IMG/VR virus record: IMGVR_UViG_3300028392_000001
Span: 1 to 63,171 of that record
DNA length: 63,171 nucleotides
Strand: one strand, 5' to 3'
Origin: a virus
Lineage: Duplodnaviria > Caudoviricetes
Positions 28,326 through 38,722 of this stretch are shown piece by piece. The position numbers were made by a program, and so were the translations under genes. The notes beneath the pieces were generated by a model. The model saw nothing but the letters and a program-made list of their open reading frames with translations, had not been told where the DNA came from and searched no databases. Numbering within the stretch: position 1 is the stretch's first letter; every line of letters starts with the position of its first letter.

Positions 28326-30221
28326 TCAGTTGTTACGAGTACTTGTTACAATTTCTACTGCTGCGGGATTAATTTTAGATTCTAATATTACAGAACCTGC
28401 AATCTCAAGAACCTTGTTAAACGTTTTGCCAGAGCCTCTTTTGTTTACAAACCTGAAGTAGAATTTGTCTTCGTAGTAAACAAAGTCATTACGTTCTATA
28501 TTTGACAGTTCAGGGTTGATTATCTTTGACATTGAGAAATAGCTATCGCAGTTGTCAATCATCTTGGTTCCTCCGCGAACAAAAGGAGAACAGTCTCTTT
28601 GGTGATACGAGCACATCGAGTTTGCGTGACTTATTATTACAATAGCAATGTTAAGTTCCTTAGCAATCTCTTTAAGCTTTTTACTGTGAGCAATGGATGA
28701 GCTCAGTTCGTCCTTTTCCATTTTAAGAGAAGCAAAAGAATCTATAACAACAAGTTGAATCTTTCTTCTTGTTTCTGTTTCTCTTCGCCTAACAAGACCC
28801 TTTATATCTTCAGGAGTTAAATCTGATTCTGAAACAAGAGAAAACCTAGAATTAAACATAGACTGAGTTATCTCATAAATACTCTCGATTGACTCTTGAC
28901 TTAAGTTCTTGTCTTTTATTTCCTTTTTAATATCCTCACCTGTTATGTTGCTAATCATCCTCGCAACAAATTCTTTTTCAGTCATCTCGCCATTTATATA
29001 CATACAGTCGTCGCCTTTCCTCGAAGCCTTCATGCAGACAATTTGCGTAAGAAAAGACTTCAATGTTCCGCCACGACCTATAGCGCAGTAGGTGTTGCCA
29101 AGTTCAAAGCCACCATTAAGGTCTTCGTCTACGTCTTCAAAAGTAGTAGAAACGTGTTTTGACTCCATCATTGACTTTATTGATTCCTTTATTCTGTCTT
29201 CAACAGAAGAAACTTGAACAACTTTTGCTGAATTTAAACGTGTGTAACTATATGCCGAATTAATAGAAGTCATAAACTCAACGTCAGAAATAGGGTCTTT
29301 CTGAATATCAACACTAGCAACATCGCAAGCGTACTTTATAAACAGCATTATGTCTTTTACTTCCTGAGTCTTAAGGCTCATGCAAAACAGTCTGAACGCT
29401 TGCTTAAAAAGCATTTCGTTTCTGTTACCATATTGAGGAACCTTAAATAAGCTGGAGTTCTCTTTGAAAGCCTGAAGTCCGTGAATCTTTCCATCAAAAA
29501 GGTCTACGCTTGCTTGGGCTTGAGAAACAGCATATTCAAATAGCTTTGTTAATGGTTCAGAAACAGACGGGTCATACCTGTAATTAACATCAGATTCGCA
29601 GTTGTTTCCAAGTGTCATTATCTTTTCAACTTTACCATCAAGAAGTGTCTGATAGTGAATGTTAACTTTGTAACGACCTGACTTCTCGTGCTTACTTAAA
29701 GGAAACCTAAATATCCTAGTTGTATCGTAAACCTTAGTGTCTATAGCAATTTCGCCTGCAATATTAAGCGCCATTGTCTTGGCAATCTTATTAGTAAGGT
29801 CACTCATGTAAGAAGCAGCACCAAACTTTATAGACGGTATTCCTATGTGAAACCCTTTCTTGCCGGAATAATAGATAACAAACGACTCAAAAGAAAGACC
29901 AAACCTTGTTACAGCATTTCTTATAATTGTAGAAGCCATGCTTGCTGAAACCTTCATGTTGTCAACTTCGCTTGCTCCTTTGTCGTAGTCAATGTCTAGC
30001 CAAAGATACCTCATTCCGTGCTGTCCAACAAAGCCACGAACTGAAGGATTGCCGTTCTCTGTTCTGTTTTCCATTGCGTAGTCAACAATAGACTTGTCAA
30101 AGTAGAATACAGAAGTATATAGCGCACTGTCTCTTTTCTTTGTGGTTAATTCAGAAACAGAAACAAAGTTTCCTCTGTTGTGGACCGAGTTTTCTATAAT
30201 TTCAACGTAGTGTTCCATCAA
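28326..30221 (-). CDS. Primase-helicase (AEP primase N-terminal domain plus DnaB-like helicase)
   Basis: WLDID, YYSGKKGFH, DTKVYDTTRIFR (AEP motifs); GRGGTLKS Walker A, INGEM, LVVIDS Walker B. Confidence 0.85.
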   Translation of the reverse strand: MMEHYVEIIENSVHNRGNFVSVSELTTKKRDSALYTSVFYFDKSIVDYAMENRTENGNPSVRGFVGQHGMRYLWLDIDYDKGASEVDNMKVSASMASTIIRNAVTRFGLSFESFVIYYSGKKGFHIGIPSIKFGAASYMSDLTNKIAKTMALNIAGEIAIDTKVYDTTRIFRFPLSKHEKSGRYKVNIHYQTLLDGKVEKIMTLGNNCESDVNYRYDPSVSEPLTKLFEYAVSQAQASVDLFDGKIHGLQAFKENSSLFKVPQYGNRNEMLFKQAFRLFCMSLKTQEVKDIMLFIKYACDVASVDIQKDPISDVEFMTSINSAYSYTRLNSAKVVQVSSVEDRIKESIKSMMESKHVSTTFEDVDEDLNGGFELGNTYCAIGRGGTLKSFLTQIVCMKASRKGDDCMYINGEMTEKEFVARMISNITGEDIKKEIKDKNLSQESIESIYEITQSMFNSRFSLVSESDLTPEDIKGLVRRRETETRRKIQLVVIDSFASLKMEKDELSSSIAHSKKLKEIAKELNIAIVIISHANSMCSYHQRDCSPFVRGGTKMIDNCDSYFSMSKIINPELSNIERNDFVYYEDKFYFRFVNKRGSGKTFNKVLEIAGSVILESKINPAAVEIVTSTRNN

Positions 30222-30769
30222 AGATTCAGTGTTTGAGAGTTTACAATAATCATGCTTATAATTTTATCAACTTCAGATTTCTTTATTACAGTAAAGTATT
30301 CGTACCTTTCCCTGTATCTGAATTTTAGCATCTTAAACTTAAGATTGAACTCTTCTGTTATAGAACCTTTTGCATCAACTATATATTTATCGTTTATTAA
30401 AAAGTCAACAGTAAGCTGTATGTCTTGTATCTTGGCTCCACGAAGAGAAAAACCTTCCTGCAAAAGAAAAGGAACTTGCCTTTGATAAGATATAATTCCT
30501 TTGTCTGCATAAACGTCGAGCATTTCTGCGCACTTAGCCTCCCAAGTAGAATCGTAGATTGCTCCTCGGTATTCTATCTTTTGAGCATTATACTTGTTAG
30601 GATTAAGTTTTCCTTTAAGCTCAGCTTCTTTATTAAAAAGACTTTGAGGTATTTCAACTTCTCTAGCCTTCAGTGCTGATATGCTCGATTGGATGTTCTC
30701 CAGCTCCTTCGTCAACAACTTCTTCTTTTCCTCCGTCAGGGAACTCTGGGCTTTGAATCTTTTTTGCAT
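30218..30769 (-). CDS. DUF1064-like PD-(D/E)XK endonuclease
   Basis: NKYNAQKIEYRG..YDSTWEA, RQVPFLLQE, DFL..IVDAKG. Confidence 0.75.
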   Translation of the reverse strand: MQKRFKAQSSLTEEKKKLLTKELENIQSSISALKAREVEIPQSLFNKEAELKGKLNPNKYNAQKIEYRGAIYDSTWEAKCAEMLDVYADKGIISYQRQVPFLLQEGFSLRGAKIQDIQLTVDFLINDKYIVDAKGSITEEFNLKFKMLKFRYRERYEYFTVIKKSEVDKIISMIIVNSQTLNL

Positions 30770-31193
30770 CTTCTAATTGTTTTTTGTAAGCATAAACTTT
30801 ATCACAGTATTTTTTCACAGCCACTAGTCCTCCATTAGCAAAAACATCTTTTAGCTTTTTGAAGTGATTTTCCTGAATAACAGTTTCGATTTTGTATGAT
30901 GAAGTAAGAGAGAACTTGTCAATACTAGCTTTGTTTTTCTCATTAAAAAACTCCATAACATTTCTAACCCAAGCTGCTTCTGCCTGACTGAGGTAGGATT
31001 CTATGTAAATATCTCCTCCTACTTTTAAGATAATGTCTTTGTTAAACCTATGCAAAGGAATACCTGTTCTTTCGGCAACAAGTTCATATCCGTACTTTTT
31101 TTCAAAAGTTCTGATAGCTTTGCCATTTCTATCAAATCTAGGATACTTTGGCAACTTCTCCGCCAACTTCCTCAGCTCTCTGTTCTTGCTCAT
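30663..31193 (-). CDS. Hypothetical protein
   Basis: 176-aa ORF overlapping both neighbours. Confidence 0.55.
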   Translation of the reverse strand: MSKNRELRKLAEKLPKYPRFDRNGKAIRTFEKKYGYELVAERTGIPLHRFNKDIILKVGGDIYIESYLSQAEAAWVRNVMEFFNEKNKASIDKFSLTSSYKIETVIQENHFKKLKDVFANGGLVAVKKYCDKVYAYKKQLEDAKKIQSPEFPDGGKEEVVDEGAGEHPIEHISTEG

Positions 31194-32898
31194 TTTCTTC
31201 TTGATTGTTGTTTATGTTAAGTAATAATTCTTTAATAGTGGTTTCGTCAAAGTCAAACTCCGGAAGTTTCCTGTCTACAAGCATAGAAACATCTTTGTAT
31301 TTCTTATCAACCATTCCTAGTAGCTTCTCGTCAATAGAACCCTTGCACATTGTATAGTAAATATTTATAGTTGTCTTTCTTCCTATTCGGTGAAGCCTAT
31401 CAATAGCTTGGTCTAGCTCTGCTTGTGTAAAAGGAAAGTTAACAAAGATAACATCAGATATGTTATCATTGGTTATGTTAGTTCCTATTCCTGCGGCACG
31501 AATATTTCCAAGTAAAACCTTTTTATCTGGATTGCTTTTAAACTCATTAAGAATAGTCATTCTGTCACTTATTGGAGTTTTTCCTACAATAACAGAAGAA
31601 GACTCTTTAAAATGAGCGTAAAGCATTTCTATTGGCTCTTTAAAAGAAGTAAATATAACGCACTTTCTAGGTTTCTCAACTCCATCAACCATTACAGTTT
31701 GCTCGCATATTCCTTCAACAAGCTCAATGATGTTCTTTATTTTTGCCTTAGACGTTATTATGTTAAGACGCTGAAGAGCAACCTGAGAGTCTTCTTTCTT
31801 TCTAGACTTGAGCGTTTTCTTGAATTCAAGTAGCTCGAGTTCATACTGTTCTTTGTAGTCTTCAAGTTCGTACCAAAGCTTTATGTATGTTTTGTCGGGA
31901 AGGTCTAGGCATTTTTCTTTTGTTTTTCTTATAAAGAAGTTTGATATACAACGAGAAAGTATTTCTGTGTTTTTACTTCCTGTAACTCTTGAACCCCATC
32001 CCGTATCTTCCTGAGTTGTAAACCTTTTAAGAAACCTATTTCTGTTTTCGCCAAGAACATGACCAGTCATGTTTAAATAGGCAAACATATCTTCGGTTCT
32101 GTTTGGAGCGGCAGTACCTGAAAGTAATGTTAACTTGCAGTCAACCTCGCGAACAAACTGCTTCACAGACTTGCTTGTTTGACTGTCAACATTTTTAACC
32201 TTGTGGCACTCGTCGAGTATTACGTGTCTTATACCTTTGTTCTTGAAGAACTCTACGTTCTTTTTAAACAACTCGTAATTAACTATTATAAACTTTTCTT
32301 TACGAAAAGCAGTCTTTGTTTTTTTACTATCAATGATTGTAATGTTAGCCTCGTTAAAACCCCATTCTACAACAAGGTCTTCAAGCCAATTAAACTTGTT
32401 AGCGCCAGGAGCAACAACCAATGTAGGATATGCTTGCATAACTTCGCTTATCATTGCTGACGTAATTGTTTTGCCCAAGCCTTGTTCAAACGATAGCAGG
32501 TTGTGCTTTCTGTTACAACCCCAATAAAGTCCATCAATCTGATGCTGATAGAATCTTTGTGTTTGAACAAAGTTTTCCTTACAAAACTTTTCAAAGTTAC
32601 CAAGTTCAGTGTCGTATGCTGTTTTTATTTTTGAGAACAACCTGTCGCGCTGTTGTTTAAAGTTTTCTTCAGAACAAAACTTTGGAAAAGAAAGAAGCAT
32701 AAAGTCGTATAAACTTAGTTTGCTTTGAATCCTTATATCGCAATAGTAAAGACCTTCAAAGAAAGAAAGACCTATGGACTTTGCTGTTTCGTGTTCGTCA
32801 GCAGTCCAAGCGTTTTTTCTAAAGAAAACATTATAACCACTCAGTGTTATTCCGTTTGCTATAGACCTAAGGTATGCTATTTGATTTTCGTCAAGCAT
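31138..32898 (-). CDS. SNF2-family SF2 helicase
   Basis: QGLGKT, ILDECH, LSGT, AAGIGTN, QAIDRLHRIG. Confidence 0.9.
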   Translation of the reverse strand: MLDENQIAYLRSIANGITLSGYNVFFRKNAWTADEHETAKSIGLSFFEGLYYCDIRIQSKLSLYDFMLLSFPKFCSEENFKQQRDRLFSKIKTAYDTELGNFEKFCKENFVQTQRFYQHQIDGLYWGCNRKHNLLSFEQGLGKTITSAMISEVMQAYPTLVVAPGANKFNWLEDLVVEWGFNEANITIIDSKKTKTAFRKEKFIIVNYELFKKNVEFFKNKGIRHVILDECHKVKNVDSQTSKSVKQFVREVDCKLTLLSGTAAPNRTEDMFAYLNMTGHVLGENRNRFLKRFTTQEDTGWGSRVTGSKNTEILSRCISNFFIRKTKEKCLDLPDKTYIKLWYELEDYKEQYELELLEFKKTLKSRKKEDSQVALQRLNIITSKAKIKNIIELVEGICEQTVMVDGVEKPRKCVIFTSFKEPIEMLYAHFKESSSVIVGKTPISDRMTILNEFKSNPDKKVLLGNIRAAGIGTNITNDNISDVIFVNFPFTQAELDQAIDRLHRIGRKTTINIYYTMCKGSIDEKLLGMVDKKYKDVSMLVDRKLPEFDFDETTIKELLLNINNNQEENEQEQRAEEVGGEVAKVS

Positions 32899-32899
32899 T

Positions 32900-33277
32900 T
32901 TATACTATTTTCTTCTTTTTTAATTTAGCCTCAAGAGTTTGTATCTGAATTTTCAAATTGTTAACTTCGCCTTTTAACGAAAGGTATTCTTTGTCGTGCT
33001 CAACTTCTCCCTCTATTTTAAGGACACTTCGTATCTTGTCAATAAGACTTTGATACTTGCCTATAAACGCTCCAAGTGTCATAACTGAAATATCAGAAGC
33101 CATCTTTTGCCTTGCTATAATTGCAACGCATCCTCCAAGAGTATTAGAGCTCCCAACAAACTTTTCGTTGTTCATCTCTGTTATTCTTATTACTTCGTAA
33201 CACTCAGGTCTCATCCTGATTTCGTAAGGAGCTATTATTTCGTCCTTTAAAAGTGTTGTTGCTTTGATTCTTGCCAT
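32900..33277 (-). CDS. Hypothetical protein
   Basis: 125-aa ORF with C-terminal coiled coil. Confidence 0.6.
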   Translation of the reverse strand: MARIKATTLLKDEIIAPYEIRMRPECYEVIRITEMNNEKFVGSSNTLGGCVAIIARQKMASDISVMTLGAFIGKYQSLIDKIRSVLKIEGEVEHDKEYLSLKGEVNNLKIQIQTLEAKLKKKKIV

Positions 33278-33279
33278 TG

Positions 33280-33849
33280 TTATTCTTCGTATATTGTTAT
33301 TTGGTCTGGTTCTGAATTGTCTTCTGTTTTTTCTATTGGAACATAAATTTTATTAAGATTCATGTACTCAATGTATCGAGAAAGCTGTTGTGCGCTTAAG
33401 TCTATTCTGTGTAAAGGAACATCAAATATCTGATAAAGCTTAACTTCCATTCCATTTTCTTTTACCTTTACAAGTGGTTGCTTAATATTCACATTAAGTG
33501 GAACGCTTTTTTCATAGCCTATCATAAATATTTCTGATATTTCATCACAGAAATCCCTCGACATAAAACGAGTAGTGTTCCTGTAGGCTCTTACCTTAAT
33601 AGATGCACTTGGGTCGTTCTCCACAAAGCCAACAAATACTTTTCTAGGGTCAGTTGGGTCTGTAAATATCGAAACAGACATGCCGTCTTTAATGTCAAGT
33701 TGCTTTGTAAGAAACGTAGAGAGATTTACTACTCCTGATTTTCTTATAATCGTAACAGAAGCTCGTTTACTTACAAACTTTTTTACTATTGGTCTTTGTG
33801 TGTTTTTTTCTACAAGACCGTCAACAAATTTCTTTATGTTCTCATCCAT
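33280..33849 (-). CDS. Hypothetical protein (possible AbrB-like swapped-hairpin DNA-binding fold)
   Basis: VTIIRKSGVVNLS...QLDIKDGMSVSI pattern. Confidence 0.45.
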   Translation of the reverse strand: MDENIKKFVDGLVEKNTQRPIVKKFVSKRASVTIIRKSGVVNLSTFLTKQLDIKDGMSVSIFTDPTDPRKVFVGFVENDPSASIKVRAYRNTTRFMSRDFCDEISEIFMIGYEKSVPLNVNIKQPLVKVKENGMEVKLYQIFDVPLHRIDLSAQQLSRYIEYMNLNKIYVPIEKTEDNSEPDQITIYEE

Positions 33850-33852
33850 AGT

Positions 33853-36800
33853 TTAGTTAAAAAGTTTTCCCTGATTAGACTCTTGAGTGTAATGCTCATT
33901 ATCGTTAGGGTCGTTTTGCTCAATTCTTTGATAGCCCAACATAGTGTTGGTTTCGCTAAGTGTTATAGAGATATGTGAGCGGTCTGTTATCTGACATGCT
34001 CTTGCTACTGTTCCGTTCTTTGAATCAAAGTCAAGAACTATATCGCCAACAGAAGAAAGTTCTTTTATCCAAAGTATTAATGGCCTCAAGAACAATCCAG
34101 TATGTGCTGTTTTGTAATCCGAGTCGTATATAACACTCAAACCATTACTTGTAAGAAGCTCGTGTCCTGCAGGTATTCCCTTTGCCATCCATAGCGCAGT
34201 AAAAGGTTTCATTACATTTGAGCCATCATCAAGTTTCTTTTTCTGAATATATGTCAACTTGTATATTAACTTGAATCCATCAACTTGACCTTCCGCATTT
34301 TTTCTACAGTTCTTCAACGATGCTTCTGAAGTTGAGATATTTGTAGCATCTGCTGCGTCTATTAAAATTACCAATGACTTGCTTGGCTTAATAATTCTAT
34401 AAAGTTCAGATGCTATTTTTGGAGAAACAAAGTAGTCAGATACAGTCAAAACCATGTCTATTGAACTGTCTTCTAAAACAGAAAGTGTTTCATATTCAAA
34501 CGAGTTAGTAGTAAACTTGTTAACATACGTTTCAGTTCCGCTAAACACAATAAGTTTTTCGTCAGTAGCTTCAAGCGCACTAACTTCGTCGGGAACAATG
34601 AAGTCTTCTTTCTTTTCAAACACTCCAGGCTCAAGTACGGACATCGGTTCTTCTTTTGTTTCAACAGACTCAAACTCTCCTGCATGAGAGATAACCTGAA
34701 GTGTAGGTCTTTGAGGTTCTTCAAATACAGCTTTTATATCATCTTCTTCTTCGAGAAACTGATTAACCATTTCTGAAATTGGAACGTATGCAGCCTCGAC
34801 GATAGTCTTAATTTCTTTTTGCGCTGAATCAGGAAGACCTTGAATGACTTCAGAAACAGGAACATAATCAACTTCTTCTTCGTAAGTTTCAGGTTCATCT
34901 GTTTTTACGTCAGGCAATGTGCTTTTTTTCTTAAGAAGATTTATGTGCTGATAATTCATTATTTTATCTTCAAGTAATGTGTCACAAAAGAAAGTCATTT
35001 CTTTTTCCAACCTTTCTATTTCTACAGTCTCTCTAACTGAAAGCAGCCAAGCTACATAAACATTGTCAACTACTTCCGATTCGTATTTAATAAAGCCGAA
35101 GTCAAGTTTAGAAACTATTTCTACATACTTGTCTATTAAAGAATAATCAGTAACTTTGTTTGACTGCGAATTGTCAGATGATATGCTTGAAAACGGTATG
35201 TTAATAAGATTAGCATTATTGTCGGCATAGTTTACAAGGTAATACATTTTGTGTACAGCTGAAACGATTTCAGAACTACTTAACTCGGAGGCGTTCCAAA
35301 TCGTAAAAGTTCTACAAAACTTCGAAGGAAACACAACACTTACAGTATCGTTAATTTTGTAGTAACTAGAAACAACAATACCTTGCGCCGATTGCTCTTC
35401 TACGGAAGTCAAACCAATGTACTCCCACTCTACGGCTTCGAGCGCTTCAAAAAGCAATCTACACTTTTTTGCAGATACGGTAGTTTTTTTATCGTCTGCA
35501 AATATATTTAAAAGTTCTTCGCTTACGATTCCTTTTATAAATCTATGCTGATATTGAACAGCGTTTAAGAATCTTCTTACGACAAGAAACTTTTCCCTAG
35601 ACTTTAAAGGAACCCACACCTTTTTAATAAGCGGAGTACCAACAAAACCTTTTGCTTGATGAGCAGGAACTCTGAAAATCATAAGTTTTGTGAGGTAAAA
35701 GTCTCCACTAACTTGCTCGTCCGCTTCGTTCTCTATATTGAGAAGGTCTACTTTCCAAAGAAGGTCACTGTCTAATGAGCCGCTAATAAACTTTTTACCT
35801 ACACCAACTTTAGTATCGGCTTTAGAGGTGTTAGCTTTTAAATCAGAATCATTTTTTATCTTCGCAGAAACCATAGCTTGATAGTCACCGCTTGCTTTTA
35901 TTGTTTCAACTAGGTCTTTAAAAACCTCCATATCAAAAACAGTAGTTCCGTTTTTTGTTGTAAACAAAACTTCCCAGTTTTTTGGTCTGCGTCTAATCCA
36001 CTGCTCAAGAACATAGACATCCGTATTTAAAGATTCGTCATAAGAAACTTGCTTCTCTACAAACTTGGAATTTTCATTGATATAAGAAAAGTTACGTGCC
36101 ATTAGTTTTACTTTATCGTTATGTAAGTTAATTTCTGAATGAGGTTCGCTGTCAATCATCGCTCCGGAGTAAAGCATTTTGCCGCGAGGCTGAATTATAA
36201 ATCTTCCATTTTCAACTGCCTTTACTCGAATTTCATCCATTATCTTTTTAATGATAGGATAAATTTTATTGTAGTCCTCGTTGTTACATTTTACTTCAGA
36301 CAACGAATGAATAACAAACTCAGGAAACTCCTGCTTAAGAAACGCAGCTGAACGAAGTATCTTGCCGTCGTCAGTTGGCTTCATGATATTCTTATGGTGA
36401 TTCTTTTCGCAGTAATAGCTAACAGTTTTGTCAACCTGCTTTACATACCAAGACCAACCTACTTTTGTTCCCCAGCCAAAACGCCAAAGAACCCTACAAA
36501 CCAACTCCGGAAGAAAGTCAGACTTTGTGTACTCGAAGTCAGGTGATATTTCTACTTTTCTAAAATAACCAAGAGCTTCTTCGTCTTGTTCTTTTTCTTC
36601 ACGTATCTCCTCAAGCAAAGATTTCTGAGAAGTCTTGACCTGAGGAGATGTGGCTATCTGTTTTGTCTTTTTATCCACATACCACCGCTTCTTGTAATGA
36701 TTTTTAAACCAGAAAGGAAGCTCGATTGTAGAATCAAAGAACGTGTAACTTTCAGGAACACTATGAGGATTAACCATGTTATCGCCAAAAGGTTTCTCTT

Positions 36801-37032
36801 CTAGTGATGGACTTTCCTTAAATGCATAGCAAACAAATTCTTCAGGTATATTACGAGAAGGCGACTTACCTTCCTGATGAAGTTCTATCTCGTTGTCAAT
36901 TTCGCACACACGAAGCTCTCCTAAAACTTTATACCAACCATACTCGGATACAAAGCCTAGTGCACTAAATTGTAGTGAGTCGCCTGATGAGAGAAACTCT
37001 TCAACAGGAAAGTAATTACCTTTCTTAGCCAT
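33853..37032 (-). CDS. 1059-aa protein with a C-terminal degenerate beta-class N4/N6 DNA methyltransferase-like domain
   Basis: LEDSSIDMVLT, ELYRIIKP, GDIVLDF..NGTVARAC order matches beta-class MTases, but DPPY and DPFxGSG are absent. Confidence 0.6.
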   Translation of the reverse strand: MAKKGNYFPVEEFLSSGDSLQFSALGFVSEYGWYKVLGELRVCEIDNEIELHQEGKSPSRNIPEEFVCYAFKESPSLEEKPFGDNMVNPHSVPESYTFFDSTIELPFWFKNHYKKRWYVDKKTKQIATSPQVKTSQKSLLEEIREEKEQDEEALGYFRKVEISPDFEYTKSDFLPELVCRVLWRFGWGTKVGWSWYVKQVDKTVSYYCEKNHHKNIMKPTDDGKILRSAAFLKQEFPEFVIHSLSEVKCNNEDYNKIYPIIKKIMDEIRVKAVENGRFIIQPRGKMLYSGAMIDSEPHSEINLHNDKVKLMARNFSYINENSKFVEKQVSYDESLNTDVYVLEQWIRRRPKNWEVLFTTKNGTTVFDMEVFKDLVETIKASGDYQAMVSAKIKNDSDLKANTSKADTKVGVGKKFISGSLDSDLLWKVDLLNIENEADEQVSGDFYLTKLMIFRVPAHQAKGFVGTPLIKKVWVPLKSREKFLVVRRFLNAVQYQHRFIKGIVSEELLNIFADDKKTTVSAKKCRLLFEALEAVEWEYIGLTSVEEQSAQGIVVSSYYKINDTVSVVFPSKFCRTFTIWNASELSSSEIVSAVHKMYYLVNYADNNANLINIPFSSISSDNSQSNKVTDYSLIDKYVEIVSKLDFGFIKYESEVVDNVYVAWLLSVRETVEIERLEKEMTFFCDTLLEDKIMNYQHINLLKKKSTLPDVKTDEPETYEEEVDYVPVSEVIQGLPDSAQKEIKTIVEAAYVPISEMVNQFLEEEDDIKAVFEEPQRPTLQVISHAGEFESVETKEEPMSVLEPGVFEKKEDFIVPDEVSALEATDEKLIVFSGTETYVNKFTTNSFEYETLSVLEDSSIDMVLTVSDYFVSPKIASELYRIIKPSKSLVILIDAADATNISTSEASLKNCRKNAEGQVDGFKLIYKLTYIQKKKLDDGSNVMKPFTALWMAKGIPAGHELLTSNGLSVIYDSDYKTAHTGLFLRPLILWIKELSSVGDIVLDFDSKNGTVARACQITDRSHISITLSETNTMLGYQRIEQNDPNDNEHYTQESNQGKLFN

Positions 37033-37036
37033 ACTT

Positions 37037-38179
37037 TTACTTTTTTAAAGTTGAGATATAAAAGTTACACTTCGTGTTCATAGGACAGTATCCGTCACAG
37101 CGAGTATTAAGTCCCGGTCTTTCTTCCATCCATGCAGTAGGACTTGCTTTTAACGCTTCCATAAGAAACATTGCAGCATCGTCTTTATCTTTCGGTTGGT
37201 TTATCTTGAATACCTTAGTTGCTTTTGATGCATCTTTTTTACTATAAACAGCTATTGATTCCGGAGTTGCCCATCTCTCGTGACGAGCACAAATGTCGGT
37301 CGACTGAGGGTCAACGTTAAACTTAGCTTCGTTTTCCTGATGAAGCTGAACTCTCCAATGGCAATAGTCAATAATATCTTTAGAACCCATAAGTCTAATT
37401 TCAATAGGCTCAGATTGAGATGTAGGAAAGTCAAGGTTTCTTGCGGCTTCGTTTTTACTCCAGTCTTTCAAAATAGGAATAATTTTTATCTTAGAAACTT
37501 TATATCCATTGTTACGTAAAATCTGAGCATATATGTTTGTCTGTAGTCTCCAGTCCCAAACACCTTTATAAAACTGAGCAGACTTGTAATCAGACAGGTC
37601 AACTTGGCCTTCTTCCTTTTGCTTTATCCACTTCCAAACAGACGTGGTCTTGTAGTCATACAAGGTTTCTTCTTCCTTGTCATACAAGTCCGGAGTTGCT
37701 GAAAGTTTCCATCCATTAATTTCTACGAAATGCCTTATCTCCGAAACGTAGCGTGATGGGAAGTTTTTTATCTCAGATTCAAATGCAGCATACCTGTTGT
37801 ATATCAGCTGAACTACAGGATTCTGCCAAGCATCATTCCAAACTCCAGAATACATCTCGTTAGTAATAACGTTAATCAAGTCGAGGTATATTTTTCTCGA
37901 TAAAACAAGTTGATTGAGTCTATCAAGTTCAGTAGCTCGTTCAATTATAAAGTGAACAGCTGAACCAAACAAAGCCCAAATGTTTTCTGTAGCATCAACA
38001 GTATGCTCGAAATGTCTTTTGAACAACCTAACTCTTGGTGGACCAATCAGTGTTGTAACTGAAATGTCGCCCTCAGAAACGTAAGAAGGGTTAGTTAATG
38101 CTTTAAACATAGGTGCTGGCAGGTTATACTTGTTTGTATAAGTAACATTGCCTACTTGAATTAGCTGAGTGTTATCCAT
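37037..38179 (-). CDS. PD-(D/E)XK exonuclease (Cas4-like/recombination nuclease)
   Basis: SVTTLI, FGSAVH, SEIR, PDLYD, YDYKT, QTNIY, C-terminal RCDGYCPMNTKC. Confidence 0.8.
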   Translation of the reverse strand: MDNTQLIQVGNVTYTNKYNLPAPMFKALTNPSYVSEGDISVTTLIGPPRVRLFKRHFEHTVDATENIWALFGSAVHFIIERATELDRLNQLVLSRKIYLDLINVITNEMYSGVWNDAWQNPVVQLIYNRYAAFESEIKNFPSRYVSEIRHFVEINGWKLSATPDLYDKEEETLYDYKTTSVWKWIKQKEEGQVDLSDYKSAQFYKGVWDWRLQTNIYAQILRNNGYKVSKIKIIPILKDWSKNEAARNLDFPTSQSEPIEIRLMGSKDIIDYCHWRVQLHQENEAKFNVDPQSTDICARHERWATPESIAVYSKKDASKATKVFKINQPKDKDDAAMFLMEALKASPTAWMEERPGLNTRCDGYCPMNTKCNFYISTLKK

Positions 38180-38188
38180 TGCTATTTA

Positions 38189-38668
38189 TTATTTGTTAGT
38201 TGAAATCATTTTACCAATCTTAGACAAGGCGTTTACTGCCATGTCAACAAGAGAAGGGTCGTCTATTTTTGCAGACATATTTCTTATAGTCCTGTCAACA
38301 AAAAGCAACGCACTGTCGTCTTGAGACGAAACAACCTGAGCTATAGAGCGAACAACCATAACTCCGTTACTAGAGTCACGTTCAGGTTCGTCAATAGTGA
38401 ACAGGTCTGTTCTCGAATTTTTAAGTGCATTGTATGTCAAAGCAGGAACTATATAGTAAACACCTTCTTGAAATTCAGGTAATCCTGAAACCTTAAGACC
38501 GACAGTGTTGATATTGGTTCTTATAGTTTCTCCATTAATTTCTATTTTAACAGAACTAGGATTTCGCACTGTTTGTACTTTGGCTACACCTTCAGAAGGA
38601 AGGTCTATGTACTTGCCACTTTTGGTAGCAATTTTTATTTTGGACGCAGTTAAATTGATTAGCTTCAT
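38189..38668 (-). CDS. Conserved phage hypothetical protein
   Basis: INLT..., GLPEFQEGVYYIVP, RTDL pattern familiar from phage hypotheticals. Confidence 0.55.
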   Translation of the reverse strand: MKLINLTASKIKIATKSGKYIDLPSEGVAKVQTVRNPSSVKIEINGETIRTNINTVGLKVSGLPEFQEGVYYIVPALTYNALKNSRTDLFTIDEPERDSSNGVMVVRSIAQVVSSQDDSALLFVDRTIRNMSAKIDDPSLVDMAVNALSKIGKMISTNK

Positions 38669-38675
38669 AATGATA

Positions 38676-38707
38676 CAATATTACAAAATTACCGTAATTT
38701 TGACAAA
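38676..38707 (-). promoter_or_regulatory. Promoter with palindromic operator AATTACnGTAATT (38687-38699)
   Basis: Minus strand TTTG-N20-TAATATTG; palindrome in the spacer. Confidence 0.65.
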
Positions 38708-38722
38708 TAAAATTTGACTTTG

